Source: Escherichia phage fKMPT1 | DNA length: 64,000 nt | Reading direction: 5' to 3' (one strand) | Sequence record: PP620640 | Part shown: positions 35,412 through 44,742 of the stretch, piece by piece | Numbering within the stretch: position 1 is the first letter of the stretch | How the letters are laid out: every line of letters starts with the position of its first letter | Notes under the pieces: generated by a model | The model's database searches: none | Seen by the model: the letters and a program-made list of their open reading frames with translations, nothing else | What the model was told of the DNA's origin: nothing | Translations under genes and position numbers: made by a program

Positions 35412-35612
35412 ATGAAGATGAGAGTAAAAGATAATTTCAAAGTTATTGACCATCGTTTAGTGGAACTCTCATCTCTTTCCAATGAGGTAATGATTGAACG
35501 TCTTAAGAGAGTTGAATCACGAAGGAAAGAGATTGCAGATGAAGTCCATGAACTTGACAAGATTGAAAATGGATTGAAGGCAGAACTACAACGAAGAGGT
35601 GCTAATGTCTAA
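35412..35612 (+). CDS. Hypothetical small protein
   Basis: 66-aa ORF with coiled-coil character. Confidence 0.3.
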   Translation: MKMRVKDNFKVIDHRLVELSSLSNEVMIERLKRVESRRKEIADEVHELDKIENGLKAELQRRGANV

Positions 35613-37590
35613 AGGTCGTAAATTGAAAGAGGCTGGTCAGTTTATTGGTCATTGTGCGTGTCCACGTTGTGGTTCATCAGATGCTGGTTCAATCTATCAT
35701 CATGACGATGATTCTTATTCGATGACTTGCTTTAGTTGTAACAAAGGTTTCCCAGAGTGGGATTTTGATAAAGGACAAATCGTGAGCACTTATTCTACTG
35801 GTTCAGATAATAAAAACCGTACTTTCCGTGGAATGGATTTAGACGATGTAAAAGAAAACCTTGAAGCAATGGACTTGAAAGACAGGAAGATTCCTGCAAA
35901 AGTTCTTGAACGCTTAGGTATCAAGGTTGACATTGACAGTGATGGTGAAATTGATGCACATTTCTATCCGACTTACAAACGTAATGAAGATGGCAAGCTA
36001 GAACATGTTGGCTACCGTGTTCGTCACCGTTACCCAGAAGACCATCCAAAAGAACACCTACGTGGTAAACTAAAAGACTTTTCAGGTGGTGTTGGAGACA
36101 TTAAAGGCGAACTGGCAATGTTCGGTTCATGGATTGCTCCAGAAGGTGGCAATCGTCTATTCATCTGGGAAGGTGAGATGGAATGTGCTACAGCAATCTA
36201 CATGACTTCTCTGGCAATTAAAGATAAGTCTCGTCGTAAGAATTACTGTCACGTATCTGTTCCATCAGGTGCAAACATTAAGTCTATCAAAGACAACTAT
36301 CAGTATATCACATCATTTGATGAGATTTACTTGTGCTTTGATAACGATGAAGCAGGTGCTAAAGCTACCAAAGAGGCTGCTGGTATCCTGCCTATTGAGA
36401 AGGTTCGTTTATTCCAGTATCCAGAAGGTGTAAAAGACCTTAATGAATGGTGGACAAAGTTCTATAAAGAGAAAGACACAGTTCTGGAAGGATTTAAGCA
36501 GCGTATCTACAACGCACCTCGTTATTGCCCTGCTGGTATCAAGAACTTTGCAGATGGTTTTGAGGCAATGAAGAATCGTGGTCAGATTCCATTGATTCCT
36601 TTCCCAGAGTCTTTCGGGGATTTGAACAGACTGACTTATGGTGGTTACGGTTTAGGTGAGATTACAACTCTGGCAGCACCATCTTCAGTAGGTAAATCAG
36701 CGTACACCCGTGAAATGATTTACACTGCTTGGAAGGAAACCGATTATAATATTGGTGTAATTCCTGTAGAAGATACCTACGAAGAGTTGATGGAAATGCT
36801 CTGTGCAATTCACCTGAGCAAGCAGATTTCTGAGATTCCTTATGACGAACGTGATTGGGATGAATTGAAGGAAGCACACGCAGAGCTATCTAAAGGTCGT
36901 CGTATCCATATCGTTGACCATCAAGGGGCAATTGACCAAGATAACCTGCTGGAGTTTGTTGACTATCTTGTTAATAGTTTAGACTGTAAGATTATTATTC
37001 TTGACCCTATTACGTTGGCTCTGTCACGTTCTGATACGGATGAAGAGGAAGTATTGTCTGAACTATTGCGTCGTTGCAAACGCTACCAGTATGCGCAGGT
37101 AAACGTGTGTCACGTTCGTAAGAGTGCAGGTGGTCAGAAAGCCAACTCTGAAGGTGGAGATATCTCTGAAGAGGACATTAAAGGTTCTGGTGCGTATTTC
37201 CAGATTTCTATGAACAACATTCTGTTAATGCGTAACAAGGTTGACCCAGACCCTGTTAAGAAAAACTTGACAAAAATCAAGTTAACTAAGTGTCGTCGTC
37301 ATGGTAAGTCAACAGGTATTGCTGGTCACACTTGGTACAATCCAGACACAGGACGTCTTATCAAAGCTTCTGGATGTGGTGTTGATATTGATGGTGCAGC
37401 AGAAAATATTCGTCAACAGTTTGGTATTGGTGAAGCTGAAGACCATTACGATGACTCTTTACCTCATTATGAGGATGAAGTGTTTGACCGTGAGACTGGT
37501 GAAGTCTATACTGAAGAACAGCGTCAAAGCTCAACGATTCCACCTGTATTAAGTGAGGATGCAGATGACTGCCCGTTTGAAACTGAGTGA
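35599..37590 (+). CDS. Bifunctional DNA primase/helicase (T7 gp4-like)
   Basis: 663 aa; N-terminal Cys4 zinc ribbon CPRCGSSD...CFSCN, TOPRIM-like acidic segment (FDNDEAG), C-terminal DnaB-type helicase with Walker A AAPSSVGKS and Walker B IIILDP. Confidence 0.8.
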   Translation: MLMSKGRKLKEAGQFIGHCACPRCGSSDAGSIYHHDDDSYSMTCFSCNKGFPEWDFDKGQIVSTYSTGSDNKNRTFRGMDLDDVKENLEAMDLKDRKIPAKVLERLGIKVDIDSDGEIDAHFYPTYKRNEDGKLEHVGYRVRHRYPEDHPKEHLRGKLKDFSGGVGDIKGELAMFGSWIAPEGGNRLFIWEGEMECATAIYMTSLAIKDKSRRKNYCHVSVPSGANIKSIKDNYQYITSFDEIYLCFDNDEAGAKATKEAAGILPIEKVRLFQYPEGVKDLNEWWTKFYKEKDTVLEGFKQRIYNAPRYCPAGIKNFADGFEAMKNRGQIPLIPFPESFGDLNRLTYGGYGLGEITTLAAPSSVGKSAYTREMIYTAWKETDYNIGVIPVEDTYEELMEMLCAIHLSKQISEIPYDERDWDELKEAHAELSKGRRIHIVDHQGAIDQDNLLEFVDYLVNSLDCKIIILDPITLALSRSDTDEEEVLSELLRRCKRYQYAQVNVCHVRKSAGGQKANSEGGDISEEDIKGSGAYFQISMNNILLMRNKVDPDPVKKNLTKIKLTKCRRHGKSTGIAGHTWYNPDTGRLIKASGCGVDIDGAAENIRQQFGIGEAEDHYDDSLPHYEDEVFDRETGEVYTEEQRQSSTIPPVLSEDADDCPFETE

Positions 37591-37657
37591 TAGTTATAAA
37601 AGAGAGGGGTTTATACCCTTCTTTGAAGAAAAAAGTTTAAATAAATTTCAGGAAGAG

Positions 37658-37689
37658 TGTTTGACAAAGGTTGATAGGTTCTATAGAAT
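37658..37689 (+). promoter_or_regulatory. Promoter, TGTTTGACA-N17-TAGAAT
   Basis: -35 TTGACA 37661-37666 with upstream TGT, 17-bp spacer, -10 TAGAAT 37684-37689. Confidence 0.55.
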
Positions 37690-37842
37690 GCTCTACATGA
37701 AATGTGATGGAGGAGTTGAGGTTGAACAAAAGTCCCATCACAGTATAATAACAGTCACTATTACTATACCTCAACATAATATTGGTTGGCTGTTTATAAT
37801 TAAAGAAAATGTGTTTGAATATCAAGTATATCGGAGAATATC

Positions 37843-37992
37843 ATGAAACACTCTAAAGCATTTGAAAAAGTTTTTGGGGATTCCTTAAAAGCCACTGCTG
37901 GTAAACCAGCAAAATACTATGAAGAGAAGCGTGTAAGAACTGGAAAAACTGCACGTAAAGCAGCTTCTAAAGATAAGCACAACTTCCAGTAA
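37843..37992 (+). CDS. Small basic protein (49 aa), candidate
   Basis: ATG at 37843 preceded by GGAG; encodes MKHSKAFEKVFGDSLKATAGKPAKYYEEKRVRTGKTARKAASKDKHNFQ; below the ORF-track length cut-off. Confidence 0.3.
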   Translation: MKHSKAFEKVFGDSLKATAGKPAKYYEEKRVRTGKTARKAASKDKHNFQ

Positions 37993-37996
37993 TTAA

Positions 37997-38028
37997 TGTT
38001 TGACAATAGAGTATCAACAAATTAGAAT
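37997..38028 (+). promoter_or_regulatory. Promoter, TGTTTGACA-N17-TAGAAT, upstream of SSB gene
   Basis: -35 TTGACA 38000-38005, 17-bp spacer, -10 TAGAAT 38023-38028. Confidence 0.55.
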
Positions 38029-38064
38029 TGGTACTCTTCATAAATTGAGATAGAGGTTTAAATA

Positions 38065-38922
38065 ATGTCTAAAGTTGTTAAAATGAAAGCTCCGGTAGAG
38101 AAGTACAATGGTACTGAACGTCAAACTCTGCGTTACCTGCTGAAAGATGTTTGGTTTTATTACCTGAACACTTCACCACGTCCGGGAAAAGGTAAATCCA
38201 TTGATAAGAAATTCCCAGGCAAAGACTGTAACTACAGTGTTTCAATTCTGGCAGAAGATGGTAATAAACTATTTAAAGAGTTTACTAAGTCTAAGAAAAA
38301 CCCAGAAGGTTGGGATAAAGTTACTACTGAAGCAGTTGATGCAGATGACTTCGAAGAGAAGTTTGGTTGCAAACCACCATTTGAAGCAGACACTTACTAC
38401 ATCTTGAAAGTAAGTCGTGCAGCAGCTTATAAAGACGGTGCTGTGTGGACAGCTAAACAGTCATTCCCTGTAATGCTGATTGAAGAAGTAAATGGTAAGC
38501 GTGTAGCTGTTAAACAGCCGATGAAGAAAATCAAAGCTCAAGCATCTGACAAACATGAAGATGACAAGAACTATGATGTAATTCATCCAGATATTGCAGT
38601 TGGTAACGGTTCTTTTGGTAGTGTGATTCTGTCTACTCACTTCTACACTTTTGAGAACAATGTTCTGACAAAACCTATTCAGGAACAGTTTATCATTGAC
38701 ACTCTTGTACCTTACACTGGTGGTAACGGTGCTAACGGTGAACCTGAACTGGATGAAGACGAACTGGCTATGCTTGGTCTTGATGGTGTTGAAGATAACG
38801 GTGAAATCACTGAAGAAGACGCAAAAGACCACAAACCTTCTAATGATTCTGATGATGGTGACGATGAAGACTTGCCAGACCCAGATGACGAAGAAGATGA
38901 AGACTTCGATACAGAAGACTAA
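38065..38922 (+). CDS. Single-stranded DNA-binding protein (T7 gp2.5-like) candidate
   Basis: 285 aa with strongly acidic C-terminal tail DDGDDEDLPDPDDEEDEDFDTED; located in replication module after primase-helicase. Confidence 0.5.
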   Translation: MSKVVKMKAPVEKYNGTERQTLRYLLKDVWFYYLNTSPRPGKGKSIDKKFPGKDCNYSVSILAEDGNKLFKEFTKSKKNPEGWDKVTTEAVDADDFEEKFGCKPPFEADTYYILKVSRAAAYKDGAVWTAKQSFPVMLIEEVNGKRVAVKQPMKKIKAQASDKHEDDKNYDVIHPDIAVGNGSFGSVILSTHFYTFENNVLTKPIQEQFIIDTLVPYTGGNGANGEPELDEDELAMLGLDGVEDNGEITEEDAKDHKPSNDSDDGDDEDLPDPDDEEDEDFDTED

Positions 38923-38940
38923 TCTTTAAAAGTTACTTTA

Positions 38941-38968
38941 AAGCCCTGTACTTAGTATGGGGCTTTTT
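38941..38968 (+). terminator. Rho-independent terminator
   Basis: aagccct-loop-ggggctt hairpin followed by TTTTT. Confidence 0.55.
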
Positions 38969-38984
38969 CATATGGAGAGCCACA

Positions 38985-40025
38985 ATGGAGAAGTATACAC
39001 TAACAAAACTTCCCGATTCAGTTACACATGTCTTTATCGACTCTGACAGTATTGCCTATAAAGGTGCTTGTGTAGTTGAGAAAGCAAAATATAAGTATGT
39101 CAATAAACTCACAGCAGAAGAATCTGAACCATTTGATAATGCAAAAGATGCTGCAAGATGGTTAGCAGACCAGAGAATCCTTGTGGAAGAACTTGGCCTG
39201 ACATTTGATGAAGATGAATGGGAAAGACAGACTTGGAAAGAGGCTAAGAGTGAAAAAGAAGCTATCATGGCTACTCAGCAGGTTCTTCAGGAATGGCTTA
39301 AGGTTGTTGGTAAAGAAAGAACTTGGGTAGGTTATTTAACAGAGAAGGGTGTACATAAACATAAAGACATTAAAGGTCTTGAGCACCAATATCAAGGTAA
39401 CCGTAAAGATGCTGTCACACCAACACACTTAGTTGCTTGCCGTGAATATCTTCTGTCAAGACCAGAGTTTAAGCTTCTCCGTGGAGGATTTGAAGCCGAT
39501 TCCATCGTAATTGCTAAAGCTGAAAAGATGGGTAAGAAGGCCGCTCTTATGAGTATTGACAAAGACCTTCGACAAGCTGAAGGGACTTATTGTATTGATA
39601 TGACTTATGAAAAATCACCACTAATTTTTATCGCTGATAATAATGTTGGTAACATCTGGGATTGCCCTATCAAATCAAAACCAAAAGCTGCAAAAACAGT
39701 TGGTGTAGGTTTTAAATTCTTGTGTTATCAGGCTGTTGCTGGAGATAATGCAGATAACTACTTCGGTCTTAAAGGTGCTGGAAAAGTAGCTGTGATGAAT
39801 GCTTTAGATGGTAAAGAGACCTATAAAGAGTGCCTTGACGCTATCTATGAACTCTATGCTAAAAAAGAGTCTTACACCTATGTATCATGGGATGGGCAGA
39901 CTGTTACAAAAACACCATTAGAGTTAATGGAGCAGCATTTCTGGGTGGCATATCAAGAGAGAAATCCAAAAGATAATTTCTCTTTTAAGAAATATAATTG
40001 GGAGCCGTGTATGAATGAAGATTAA
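38985..40025 (+). CDS. 5'-3' exonuclease / flap endonuclease (FEN family)
   Basis: 346 aa; N-terminal FIDSDSIAYKG and helix-hairpin-helix-like GDNADNYFGLKGAGKVA resembling FEN/Pol I 5'-nuclease motifs. Confidence 0.6.
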   Translation: MEKYTLTKLPDSVTHVFIDSDSIAYKGACVVEKAKYKYVNKLTAEESEPFDNAKDAARWLADQRILVEELGLTFDEDEWERQTWKEAKSEKEAIMATQQVLQEWLKVVGKERTWVGYLTEKGVHKHKDIKGLEHQYQGNRKDAVTPTHLVACREYLLSRPEFKLLRGGFEADSIVIAKAEKMGKKAALMSIDKDLRQAEGTYCIDMTYEKSPLIFIADNNVGNIWDCPIKSKPKAAKTVGVGFKFLCYQAVAGDNADNYFGLKGAGKVAVMNALDGKETYKECLDAIYELYAKKESYTYVSWDGQTVTKTPLELMEQHFWVAYQERNPKDNFSFKKYNWEPCMNED

Positions 40026-40512
40026 AGGATTTGGCAATTGTCCCACCTATGGTCATTGGGTATCTTTGTGTGGGGAAGTTGACCCCACTAAACATTTTGG
40101 TTTTGTCTATTTAGTATACTGTAAGAAAACCGGACAATATTATATCGGAAAGAAACAGCTTAATAGTGTGACCAAAAGAAAAGTTGCTGGCAAGACTCGG
40201 AAGAAGGTAGTCACTAAGGAAAGTGATTGGATGACTTATGAGACTTCTTCTGAGTATGTTAAAAAAGATATTGAGAGCTTTGGAAAAGAATTTTTTGACT
40301 TTTACATTATTCAAACCTACTACACAAAAGGTGGTCTAGTTTATGGTGAAGCAAACCTTCAACATAAATTCGATGTAATGACAAAAAGGATTGACTCTAA
40401 GCTCAGACTCTTCTACAATGCCAACATTGCAGCAATTAAGTTTATCACTAAAGAAACTTATGAAGATGCTGAAAAAAGAATCCATAAGGTAATGAAAGCA
40501 AATTGTGCTTGA
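40015..40512 (+). CDS. GIY-YIG-like endonuclease (candidate free-standing homing endonuclease)
   Basis: 165 aa; GFVYLVYCKKTGQYYIGKK resembles the GIY-(10 aa)-YIG module; basic region follows. Confidence 0.35.
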   Translation: MKIKGFGNCPTYGHWVSLCGEVDPTKHFGFVYLVYCKKTGQYYIGKKQLNSVTKRKVAGKTRKKVVTKESDWMTYETSSEYVKKDIESFGKEFFDFYIIQTYYTKGGLVYGEANLQHKFDVMTKRIDSKLRLFYNANIAAIKFITKETYEDAEKRIHKVMKANCA

Positions 40513-40518
40513 TAACTA

Positions 40519-40782
40519 TTGAGAGAGAATAAAATGTTTAACAAAAGTAAAGCTGTGAGTCATGTAGCAAAAGTTGACAGCAAGATTGAAGAACTTGAGC
40601 GCATTCTTGCAAATGTCAGAGAGTCAATAATTAAAGAAGTTGAAGCTGTTGAATCTCAAATGCAGCACCTAATGCTTAAACGTCAAGAGCTACGTGAGCA
40701 TCTGGAATATATTGAAACACGAGAGCTAAAGGTTAACAGATATTTTAAGGAGTCCGAATGTTTAACTCAAGAGAATCAGTAA
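40519..40782 (+). CDS. Hypothetical coiled-coil protein
   Basis: 87-aa ORF. Confidence 0.35.
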   Translation: MRENKMFNKSKAVSHVAKVDSKIEELERILANVRESIIKEVEAVESQMQHLMLKRQELREHLEYIETRELKVNRYFKESECLTQENQ

Positions 40783-41513
40783 AAAACTGGAATCTTCGTT
40801 GTGGAAACACCCAAAAGCATCCTTACAGTGACGAGTATTGGGAATCTTTAAAGTCTCAATCTTTATGTATGCTTGAAGAAGCAAAAGAGCTTGTGAAGGC
40901 AATTGAAGAGAAAGACCCCATTGAGACACTGGATGCTCAGGCAGATTTGCAATATGTTCTTGATGGTTTGATTTACCTGTCACAACATGACCATAACGGT
41001 GCTATGAAAGCTGTTTGCCATAACAATGACCTGAAGTACACAGACGACTATGAAGAAGCTTTAAAACGTCTTGCAGATATTGAGAAGCGTACTGGTCAAG
41101 AGTGTATCATCAGAATGTCAGTAGTTGATGGCAAAGAATGGTATGCAATTGCTCGTGCAGCCGATGGGAAGATTATGAAGCAATCTAATCTCCCTAAAGT
41201 TCAGCTTGGTGAATACATTGTAGAACTTGAAAGCCAAGAACTTTTTGTGGTAGTATCTGACACATGCGTTATCTGCAAAGGTATTGTATGTAGCTTAAAG
41301 GATTTGGGTGTAGATGGTTTTGTAGAAGTTAATCCAATTACCTCTAAAGCAGATAAAGATTTCTGTAAAGAGAATGGACTATGGATTGCAGATATTGTCT
41401 ACTATGATGGTGAGCAGTTCCATGTAACCTCATACCCGAAACTTAATTATGATGCTAATAACCTGAAGTGCTGGTTAAAAGGGGTTGGTTATAATGGATT
41501 CACAGAACATTAA
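40758..41513 (+). CDS. MazG-like nucleotide pyrophosphohydrolase domain protein (candidate) with unknown C-terminal domain
   Basis: 251 aa; N-terminal EEAKELVKAIEEKDPIETLDAQADLQYVLDGL resembles the MazG EExxE...D helical motif. Confidence 0.35.
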   Translation: MFNSRESVKNWNLRCGNTQKHPYSDEYWESLKSQSLCMLEEAKELVKAIEEKDPIETLDAQADLQYVLDGLIYLSQHDHNGAMKAVCHNNDLKYTDDYEEALKRLADIEKRTGQECIIRMSVVDGKEWYAIARAADGKIMKQSNLPKVQLGEYIVELESQELFVVVSDTCVICKGIVCSLKDLGVDGFVEVNPITSKADKDFCKENGLWIADIVYYDGEQFHVTSYPKLNYDANNLKCWLKGVGYNGFTEH

Positions 41514-41817
41514 TAAAGAAGGTGTGGCTCAGAAGAGCCACTTCTCAAACTACAATATCTCTATGACGGTGTTTATGAATGACCCGTTACTTGAGAAGTA
41601 TGGTGAGACTCCAGATACACTTCTGGATAATGAACAAGTTTTAAAAGCAGTTCTGTACAAATACGGGATTGATATTGAGAAAGAGTATTCTTTTGAAATC
41701 TGTCAACACAGGAATACTTTTGGTAAAGTTGTAATGGCTCCACTCTTCATGGGTGTAGAAAGAACTGACTATGGTTGGTTATATCTAAAAAGAAACTTGG
41801 AGAAATACCGTGTCTAA
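41485..41817 (+). CDS. Hypothetical protein
   Basis: 110-aa ORF. Confidence 0.35.
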   Translation: MVIMDSQNINKEGVAQKSHFSNYNISMTVFMNDPLLEKYGETPDTLLDNEQVLKAVLYKYGIDIEKEYSFEICQHRNTFGKVVMAPLFMGVERTDYGWLYLKRNLEKYRV

Positions 41818-42148
41818 AGCAAAAAAGCTATCTTATGATGACATTATCTCAGGTGCTAAATTAGGTGTTGATAGTATCGGACAAGATGTTAAGCACGGAG
41901 ACACAGTTATGTACTGTGATGACCGAAGAGGGAGAAGTGCAATCTTGTTTGGAAGAATTGTTTGCAAGATGCGAGGTAATTACGTTGTTGCAGACATGGA
42001 TGTGAACGTTACACAAAAACTTGAAACACTTATGGATGATAATACATCATCATGGTTCTCCCTGAATTGTATGCACACTTCTTCAGTCACAAAAGTAAGT
42101 GATAAGTTTTACGATATGTGGCAGAATGAGCAAATTTTCAAGATTTAA
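41810..42148 (+). CDS. Hypothetical protein
   Basis: 112-aa ORF followed by terminator. Confidence 0.35.
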   Translation: MSKAKKLSYDDIISGAKLGVDSIGQDVKHGDTVMYCDDRRGRSAILFGRIVCKMRGNYVVADMDVNVTQKLETLMDDNTSSWFSLNCMHTSSVTKVSDKFYDMWQNEQIFKI

Positions 42149-42154
42149 ACTAGG

Positions 42155-42176
42155 GAGCCTCTTCGGAGGCTCTTTT
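42155..42176 (+). terminator. Rho-independent terminator (UUCG loop)
   Basis: gagcctc-ttcg-gaggctc hairpin followed by TTTT. Confidence 0.7.
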
Positions 42177-42194
42177 CATCTGTAGGATTTAAAA

Positions 42195-44429
42195 ATGATT
42201 AAGACAATTAAAAAATCAAACGGTACAGTAGTAAGCTTTGACCCAGAAAGACTGAATAAGTGGGCATCATGGGCAGATAAGCGTGGAATTATCTGGTCAG
42301 AAGTCACTATGGAAGCCATGAAGCGTGTCTATGAGGGTTGCACTACAAAAGAGATGCACCAAGCCATGATTGATGTTTGTGTTGATAAGCAAACTCAAGA
42401 GTACTCAGATATGGCTGGGCGGCTACTTCTGGGGATTATCTACAAAGAAGCCTTTGGAGGTTTTACTAAGGTTCCTACGCTGGTTACCTTCGTTAAAAAT
42501 ATGGAGAGAGCAGGACTTTGGGAGAAAATGGACTATTCTCAGGAAGAGCTTGAATATCTGCAAGGGTACATTGTGCACTCAAAAGATATCTCTTACGGTT
42601 ATGCAGTATTGAAACAGTTTAGAGACAAGTATGGTATCCGTGATATTAAAACGGGAAGACTTTTTGAGTCACCACAATTTATGTTTATGGGTATGGCTAT
42701 GAAAGCCTTCGAGAAGCAACCAAAGCACCGTAGGCTGCAAGATGTTATCAAGCTGTACACTTACCTATCTGACCTGAAGATTAACGCTCCTACGCCTTAT
42801 CTGAATGGTTTAAGAGCTACTAAATCAGGTTATGCGTCATGCTGTTTGATTAAGGCAAATGATACTGCCGAATCACTTGGTATTGCTGCAAAGGTTGCTT
42901 ATGATATGACTACAAAGCAAGCTGGTATTGGTATGCTTATGGAGACTCGCACTATTGGTGATGGTATCCGTCAAAACACGATTGAGCACATGGGTAAGCT
43001 GCCTTATTACAAGCTTGTACGTTCATCTGTAGAGGCAAATAAACAGAAGAGTCGTGGTGGTTCAGCTAACAACTTCTACACCGCTCTAGACCCGCAGATT
43101 GAAGATTTACTGCGTTTGAAGCACCCTACAACAGTTCCTTCGAAACGTATTAACGAGATGGACTACTCATTCGGTACAAATGATTATTTCTGGCAGTGTG
43201 TTCAGTATGATACAGATTGGTTGCTATTCTCTTACAAGGATGCACCAAAACTTTATGATATGTTCTACACCGCATCTGCTGATGAGTTTGCTATGGCAGT
43301 TGGTCACGCAGTACATTCTGGTGTTAAACACAGACGAGTAAAGGCTCGTGAAATTGCTAAACTGTTTATCCAGCAGCGTTACGCAACAGGTCGTGTGTAT
43401 CCATTCTTCACAAACAATGCAAACACACATACACCATTTAAAGAGCCTTTGAAGATGTCAAATCTGTGTATGGAAATTGTGTTGCCAGTATACGGCTTTG
43501 AGAAAGAGACAGACCTTTACAGAGATGATGCTGTGAAAGAGGATGGTGAGGTAGCTCTTTGCTTCCTAGCTAGTTTGGTTGCAGGGAGAATTTCAGAAGA
43601 TGAATACGCTGACGTTGCTTATTATGCTCTTGCAATGGTTGACTCCGTTATTGACCTTATGGATTATCCGTATCCGTCGATGCGCAACCATGTTCAGAAG
43701 CGTCGCTCTGTTGGTATTGGCCTTACAAATGTGGCTCATTACCTTGCGAAAAACTATGTGAACTATTCTTCAAGAGCAGGTAAGACAAAGCTTCATGAGC
43801 TTGCAGAGATGCACTCTTACTACTTACACGAAGCTTCTTTAAGACTTGCTAAAGAACGTGGTGTACCTGAGTATATGCAGTTCACTAAATATCCTGAAGG
43901 TTGGGTTCCTCCGAAGACAGCTAACAGGAAGATTGATGAAAAGCATGATGCAAAACTACGATATGATTGGGATGACTTAGCACAACGTATCAAAGAAAAT
44001 GGTGGAATCCGAAACTCTGTATTAGAAGCTTACATGCCTAATGAAAGTTCTTCACTAGCAACTAATACGACAAATGGCTTGTACCCAATTCGTGACTTTA
44101 TTTTAACTAAAAAGTCTGCAACTGGTAACGTACTGTTTATTGTTCCAGATTACGAAGAGTTGAAGTATGTCTATGAAATTGCTTGGGATATTGACACCTT
44201 TGACCTGATAGATTGTTATGCAATTGTTCAAAAGTTCACTGGTCAAGCTATCTCTTCAGATTTCTATGTTGACTATGCAAAGTCTAAGAAGGTATCATTG
44301 GCTCAAGCTCTGAAGTACATGATTTATGCCAACTCGGTAGGTATGAAAACCATGTACTACCTTAACAGTCGCATCGGTGTAGGTAAATCTGCACTGCAAG
44401 ATGCTTATTGCGAGGGTTGTGGTGTTTAG
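42195..44429 (+). CDS. nrdA: Ribonucleotide reductase class I large subunit
   Basis: 744 aa; N-terminal ATP-cone (IKTIKKSNGTVVSFDPERL), active-site region NLCMEIVLP, C-terminal Cys pair CEGCGV. Confidence 0.85.
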   Translation: MIKTIKKSNGTVVSFDPERLNKWASWADKRGIIWSEVTMEAMKRVYEGCTTKEMHQAMIDVCVDKQTQEYSDMAGRLLLGIIYKEAFGGFTKVPTLVTFVKNMERAGLWEKMDYSQEELEYLQGYIVHSKDISYGYAVLKQFRDKYGIRDIKTGRLFESPQFMFMGMAMKAFEKQPKHRRLQDVIKLYTYLSDLKINAPTPYLNGLRATKSGYASCCLIKANDTAESLGIAAKVAYDMTTKQAGIGMLMETRTIGDGIRQNTIEHMGKLPYYKLVRSSVEANKQKSRGGSANNFYTALDPQIEDLLRLKHPTTVPSKRINEMDYSFGTNDYFWQCVQYDTDWLLFSYKDAPKLYDMFYTASADEFAMAVGHAVHSGVKHRRVKAREIAKLFIQQRYATGRVYPFFTNNANTHTPFKEPLKMSNLCMEIVLPVYGFEKETDLYRDDAVKEDGEVALCFLASLVAGRISEDEYADVAYYALAMVDSVIDLMDYPYPSMRNHVQKRRSVGIGLTNVAHYLAKNYVNYSSRAGKTKLHELAEMHSYYLHEASLRLAKERGVPEYMQFTKYPEGWVPPKTANRKIDEKHDAKLRYDWDDLAQRIKENGGIRNSVLEAYMPNESSSLATNTTNGLYPIRDFILTKKSATGNVLFIVPDYEELKYVYEIAWDIDTFDLIDCYAIVQKFTGQAISSDFYVDYAKSKKVSLAQALKYMIYANSVGMKTMYYLNSRIGVGKSALQDAYCEGCGV

Positions 44430-44442
44430 TTTTAATAACTAT

Positions 44443-44462
44443 GAGGGTCGTAAAAGACCCTC
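44443..44462 (+). other. Perfect 7-bp hairpin downstream of nrdA without T-tract
   Basis: gagggtc-gtaaaa-gaccctc; followed by TAAAATT rather than a U-run. Confidence 0.3.
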
Positions 44463-44484
44463 TAAAATTAACTTTGGAGAAACT

Positions 44485-44742
44485 ATGAAAGATTTGATAG
44501 CGAATCACGAATGGCCCATATACTTGCTCCACAAACCTCGGAAAACGATGTACTATGTGAGTAGCACAGACATGATGATAAAACAAAATGATGACTCATG
44601 GGTCGAGGGTGTCTCTTACATCTCTACAGCAGATGGTAAAATCTATGCAAGACCTTATGACATGTTTAACAAAGAAAATTGGGAAGTTTTAGACAGAAAA
44701 CAAGCCTTAGAGATGATAAAGAAAGGAGAAATCACACTATGA
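44485..44742 (+). CDS. Hypothetical protein
   Basis: ORF re-started at internal ATG 44485 preceded by GGAG; track start 44401 overlaps nrdA. Confidence 0.35.
   Translation: MKDLIANHEWPIYLLHKPRKTMYYVSSTDMMIKQNDDSWVEGVSYISTADGKIYARPYDMFNKENWEVLDRKQALEMIKKGEITL

Noticed and set aside
37553-37846. 97-aa ORF overlapping the primase-helicase 3' end
   Set aside because: It reads through a well-formed promoter (TGTTTGACA-N17-TAGAAT) and a structured region and has no RBS. Left uncalled, though translation cannot be excluded.
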